From Tubiluchus corallicola (taxonomy: Eukaryota > Animalia > Priapulida), in NCBI GenBank assembly GCA_030141605.1, contig JAQGDQ010002371.1, positions 372,001-436,000 on the forward strand: 64,000 nt of DNA. Reading direction: 5' to 3'. A model generated the notes under the pieces. That model saw only the letters and a program-made list of their open reading frames with translations, was not told the DNA's origin and did not search any database. Positions 61,301 to 64,000 of the stretch are shown piece after piece. The position numbers and the translations under genes were made by a program. Numbering within the stretch: position 1 is the first letter of the stretch; every line of letters begins with the position of its first letter.

Positions 61301-63602
61301 TCCCAATTTGTCTCCCATTCCAGCCTGCATTTTTGCTACATCACTGAAATTATGCAAAATCAAAATTCAATGGTGATTTTGCTAGGCAATTTATTAGTAA
61401 TTTTAGGGTTCCTGTGCAACAGATAAAAATTCAGCGCTAGCAAGCAAACTTTAACAAAGTGCTACCTATTGCTGTTAGAAAGTCTTTAAATACCTTGGTT
61501 ATGTTCCTTTTTAAATGGCAGGGAAATGTGTAAAAATTAATGACAGATTTCTTGAACCATTTAGGCTTCATAGTGAAGTCTCATTAAGGATCTATGGCAC
61601 TCAAAATTATAATTAATGAAATTGTCAGTCACTACAGTCTGATATTGTTTTAAAGGACGCAAATTTTCCCATAGTAGACCATGAGAAGCTATTTAAAACA
61701 AACTTAAAGTGCGATATTTAAGTTGAAGATTTTAATCTAAAAAGCTGTTAGCAGATTGTTCATTTTAAGGCTTCAGAGATGTTCAGAGGCAACGAATACA
61801 GATAAAGTTAAAGCATATATTACACACAATTGTCCCAATTAATTTAGGCAGTTGCTGCCTGGCACTCTAGTATTGTTGCTTTACAACCTAAAGAACTTGA
61901 AAAATGTCAACAAAGGGTGTGCAGAATGTCACAGTCTGTCAAGACAGAAAGTATCAAAATGCACCTGCTCATTTAAAACTGGAATTACTGAAAGAACGGC
62001 AAACTGAACTGTATTTAAAAATTCGAAGCAAATTAGAAAATTCAAGGCATGGCAATTTAATTCCAGCAGCAAGAGAACAAGCAGGCCTAAGATCGACTAG
62101 AAAGAAAGAAAAATATATTGAAGCAAAATAAGCAAAATGTAGAATTGATAGATGTTATACATCACCTTTACAATATTTAACTAGATTACTCAACGGCAAA
62201 CATTAAAGAAAATCAAGTGAAATTGTTTGGAAAATTTTATTAATTTTTTTTAATGGCTGACATGCATAACTCGTATTTGAACTGATATATGATTGTTTCT
62301 TTCAAACATGTACTTTTATGAAAGCTGTGTGGAAAATTAATATTGTTTAGCAAATTATTGTAGCCTTTTAATTTTATTTATTTACTTTACAATCTGTAAA
62401 TACCACAGTAAAATTCAGTTTTTTAACTGTAATCAGGGTTTGTTTTAATAAACTTACTTACTTACTTATTAATAGCTTCAAATTGCAAAATATTTTCTTT
62501 GTAAAAAAATAATGCCAAATTTTGAAACAGTCGGCACTTTTACCCTTCGAAATAGGAATGTGATGGCAAAAAACAAACAAACAAACATGAGCTTAGTGAT
62601 ATGGATATAGACCAGAAAGGAGAACAGCATTTTAACTAAACAGTAATTTTTAGTTAACTACCGAGATTGTGCAAAAAAAAACAATAGCTTCCCAAAATAA
62701 AAGCAACTGAAAGGCTTACGAATCGTCAAAGATGAATCACTCACTAGCCCTCAAAATACAGCAATTAAGAAAAATGGTTCCCACAAAAAAGACAAGCCTT
62801 TCTTTCTGCCACATCTCTACATACACTTTCAAGAAATAAAAACAACATACTCAGATAATCTAGTGCTTAAACCACCAGAATGATGAATGTCAAACCATCC
62901 TATCTGTTGCCGCATGACGGCCTCAAAAAACTTCACTCGAATCACATTTATTTGCCTTTCAGCTGCCATAGCCCAGAATGAAACCTGTCATAAAATACAA
63001 ATTTATTTCAAGGCATCCTAAATCACAAATAGACTTTTTAACAATTACTCTACAATTATTGCTTACATTTTTATAATTAAAGATCCTGATTATAATTATA
63101 CTACCATCTGTACCTATAAGTATACTATTTCTTTATGAAGATAGATAAGAACAGACTAGATGACATCAGTAAGCTGATGCAGTCTTGGGTATGCTGACGA
63201 AAAATAGTAAACGTAAAAGTACAGCAAACTAAACATTTTTGCTACTTTAATAAAATAAAGTAATCTTAATATATCTAATTTATCTATTGGCAATTAAACA
63301 GGCACCAAATTATGGATAAGCTTGTTCAATCTTAAGAAGTGCTAGTGTAACTCTTGATGTGCACCTGCATGTAGCCAAAAAGTAAAACACCCGCTCCAAT
63401 GGCGGCATAGTAAATGGAGAACATTCTCATCTGATCCATCAATGCATCTGAACCACAAATTTCATCCGGCTCATACGGTAGCTGACTGGTAAGATTTGCT
63501 GGCAGAGTGTCATACAACGAAGAATTTAGAAACTTATCCACACATGAACAATCATCTGCTGCCAGATTACATCCAAAAAGTTCGTTAAACCATTCTACAG
63601 AT
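43325..63602 (-). CDS. ABCB1: ABCB1/P-glycoprotein-type full ABC transporter (TMD-NBD-TMD-NBD), 5'-partial, ~1238 aa in window. Exons 5'->3': 63602-63365, 62984-62851, 61343-61172, 59966-59842, 58828-58654, 58382-58269, 56256-56146, 55632-55507, 55184-54981, 54470-54300, 54164-54003, 53804-53616, 51557-51405, 51229-51125, 50802-50641, 49976-49773, 49340-49240, 48562-48422, 47865-47709, 47170-46973, 46372-46166, 44614-44468, 43546-43325
   Basis: Both NBDs are intact: Walker A ([16 protein letters not shown]), Q-loop (VSQEPVLF twice), signature ([15 protein letters not shown] twice), Walker B/D-loop ([12 protein letters not shown] twice) and H-loop (IAHRLSTI twice). ABCB-type TMD motifs are present ([36 protein letters not shown]). 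23 GT-AG exons join in phase (3718 nt). Exact orthology among ABCB1/4/5/11-like genes needs a phylogeny. Confidence 0.93.
43835..43896. repeat. 31-bp tandem duplication
   Basis: ttatttaactagttgagttcctaaggaaaat / ttatttaactagttgaagtcctgaggaaaat. Confidence 0.85.
48977..49043. repeat. (CAA)n followed by a degenerate (CA/CG)n microsatellite
   Basis: About 9 CAA units, then cacgcgcacgcacg...cacacacacac. Confidence 0.85.
51670..52066. mobile_element. Same element family, copy 2 (lacks ~200 bp of the centre of copy 1)
   Basis: Two blocks align to ~7466-7550 and ~7765-8055, with the same CCTGTCTTCCTTTAA end. Confidence 0.65.
53438..53538. mobile_element. Terminal fragment of a hAT-like MITE with ATCGG subterminal repeats
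   Basis: A cluster of ATCGG motifs (atcggatcggatcgg, atcggtatcggatcg, atatcggcacatctct) followed by a short (TAGTC)n run. The other end was not found. Confidence 0.45.
55298..55337. repeat. 20-bp tandem duplication
   Basis: gcccatcaactgctgagggW twice. Confidence 0.88.
55703..55991. mobile_element. hAT (Ac-type) MITE, ~289 bp
   Basis: Ends AAGGGTTGTGCAAAAA and (revcomp) TAGGGATGTGCAAAAA, a degenerate 8-bp TSD (AATAGCAA / ATTAGTAA), and AAACC-type subterminal repeats. Confidence 0.68.
57105..57490 (-). mobile_element. Tc1/mariner-superfamily (mariner/maT-like) transposase 3' relic, copy 2
   Basis: The minus strand aligns by eye with 13590-13960 (e.g. aaatgccttcatctagtttgcattgaaaatgatggacatg vs aaacgccttcgtctagtttgtattgaaaataatggacacg) and encodes NPLDCGI* and LKAKIVKCW fragments. 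Confidence 0.72.
57652..57963. mobile_element. Young hAT (Charlie-type) MITE, 312 bp
   Basis: TIR CAGTGGTTCCCAAA / TTTGGAAACCACTG (1 mismatch), perfect 8-bp TSD GCTAAAGC (57644-57651 and 57964-57971), and subterminal GGGTAA repeats. Confidence 0.92.
61690..62200 (+). mobile_element. Degenerate LINE ORF2 C-terminal relic (CR1/Crack-like), antisense to ABCB1
   Basis: Frameshifted fragments [59 protein letters not shown] and [20 protein letters not shown] follow the conserved order of non-LTR ORF2 C-termini. Confidence 0.7.
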
Positions 63603-64000
63603 CTAAGAATATACAAAAATGCATCAATGTTTAACTGAAAGCCCAACTAAAACAGAAATGTCTGAGAAAATGAAAATTGAGAAACGGTACTGCTGCGTGA
63701 CATTGGCAATGAAGGACAAAGCCTCGATAAATTTTTAGTTCACAGTTTTAAATTTCAATTTTATCCAACGCTAATGTGTGATTTCACAAAATTGCCTTGG
63801 CATTATGACTGGGTTTAGCTTCTGCTACTCCAGTATAGCACTTACTTTTGCACAATGAGTTTCCATGAGGCAGGCACTTTTGTCTAACTAAACAGGTATT
63901 GGCGATATGATGCAATACTAAAATTAGATTTCACAATATTTCTTAAGCATAAGTCATTCTTAGAAAACAAAACATTTTTTCTCTTTTAGCATTTTAGAAT

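Noticed and set aside
49696-61376. Plus-strand ORFs overlapping ABCB1 exons (e.g. 49696-49980, 53590-53880, 61179-61376) as an antisense gene
   Set aside because: They are shadows of the minus-strand coding exons, with no independent splice or homology signal.

Overview
AT-rich, intron-rich genomic DNA from an invertebrate animal; the taxon cannot be fixed from the sequence alone. Three spliced genes can be rebuilt exon by exon with GT-AG boundaries and consistent reading phase. (1) The 3' part of a PHLPP gene (+ strand, 17 exons, 18482-31559): LRRs, a degenerate PP2C domain and a C-terminal PDZ motif DTRL. The preceding ~18 kb has no recognisable coding exon and is probably one giant intron. 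(2) A complete proteasome alpha4/PSMA7 gene (+ strand, 6 exons, 251 aa, 33472-40456). (3) A nearly complete ABCB1/P-glycoprotein-type full ABC transporter (- strand, 23 exons in the window, 43325-63602, 5' end outside), convergent with PSMA7. The introns hold many dead mobile elements: CR1/L2-type LINE 3' fragments, Tc1 and mariner-like transposase relics, and pogo, piggyBac, hAT and Kolobok-like MITEs. I found no convincing wholly new multi-gene system. The best leads are a PHLPP with extra loss of PP2C metal ligands, a Cys-rich extension of the first extracellular loop of ABCB1, a position-dependent CpG-decay signal between two copies of one transposon, candidate mutually exclusive PHLPP tail exons, a G-U-rich fold-back in PSMA7 intron 1, and overlapping let-7/miR-29 seed sites in the ABCB1 3' UTR. 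All coordinates were counted by hand, and comparisons with human genes are from memory.
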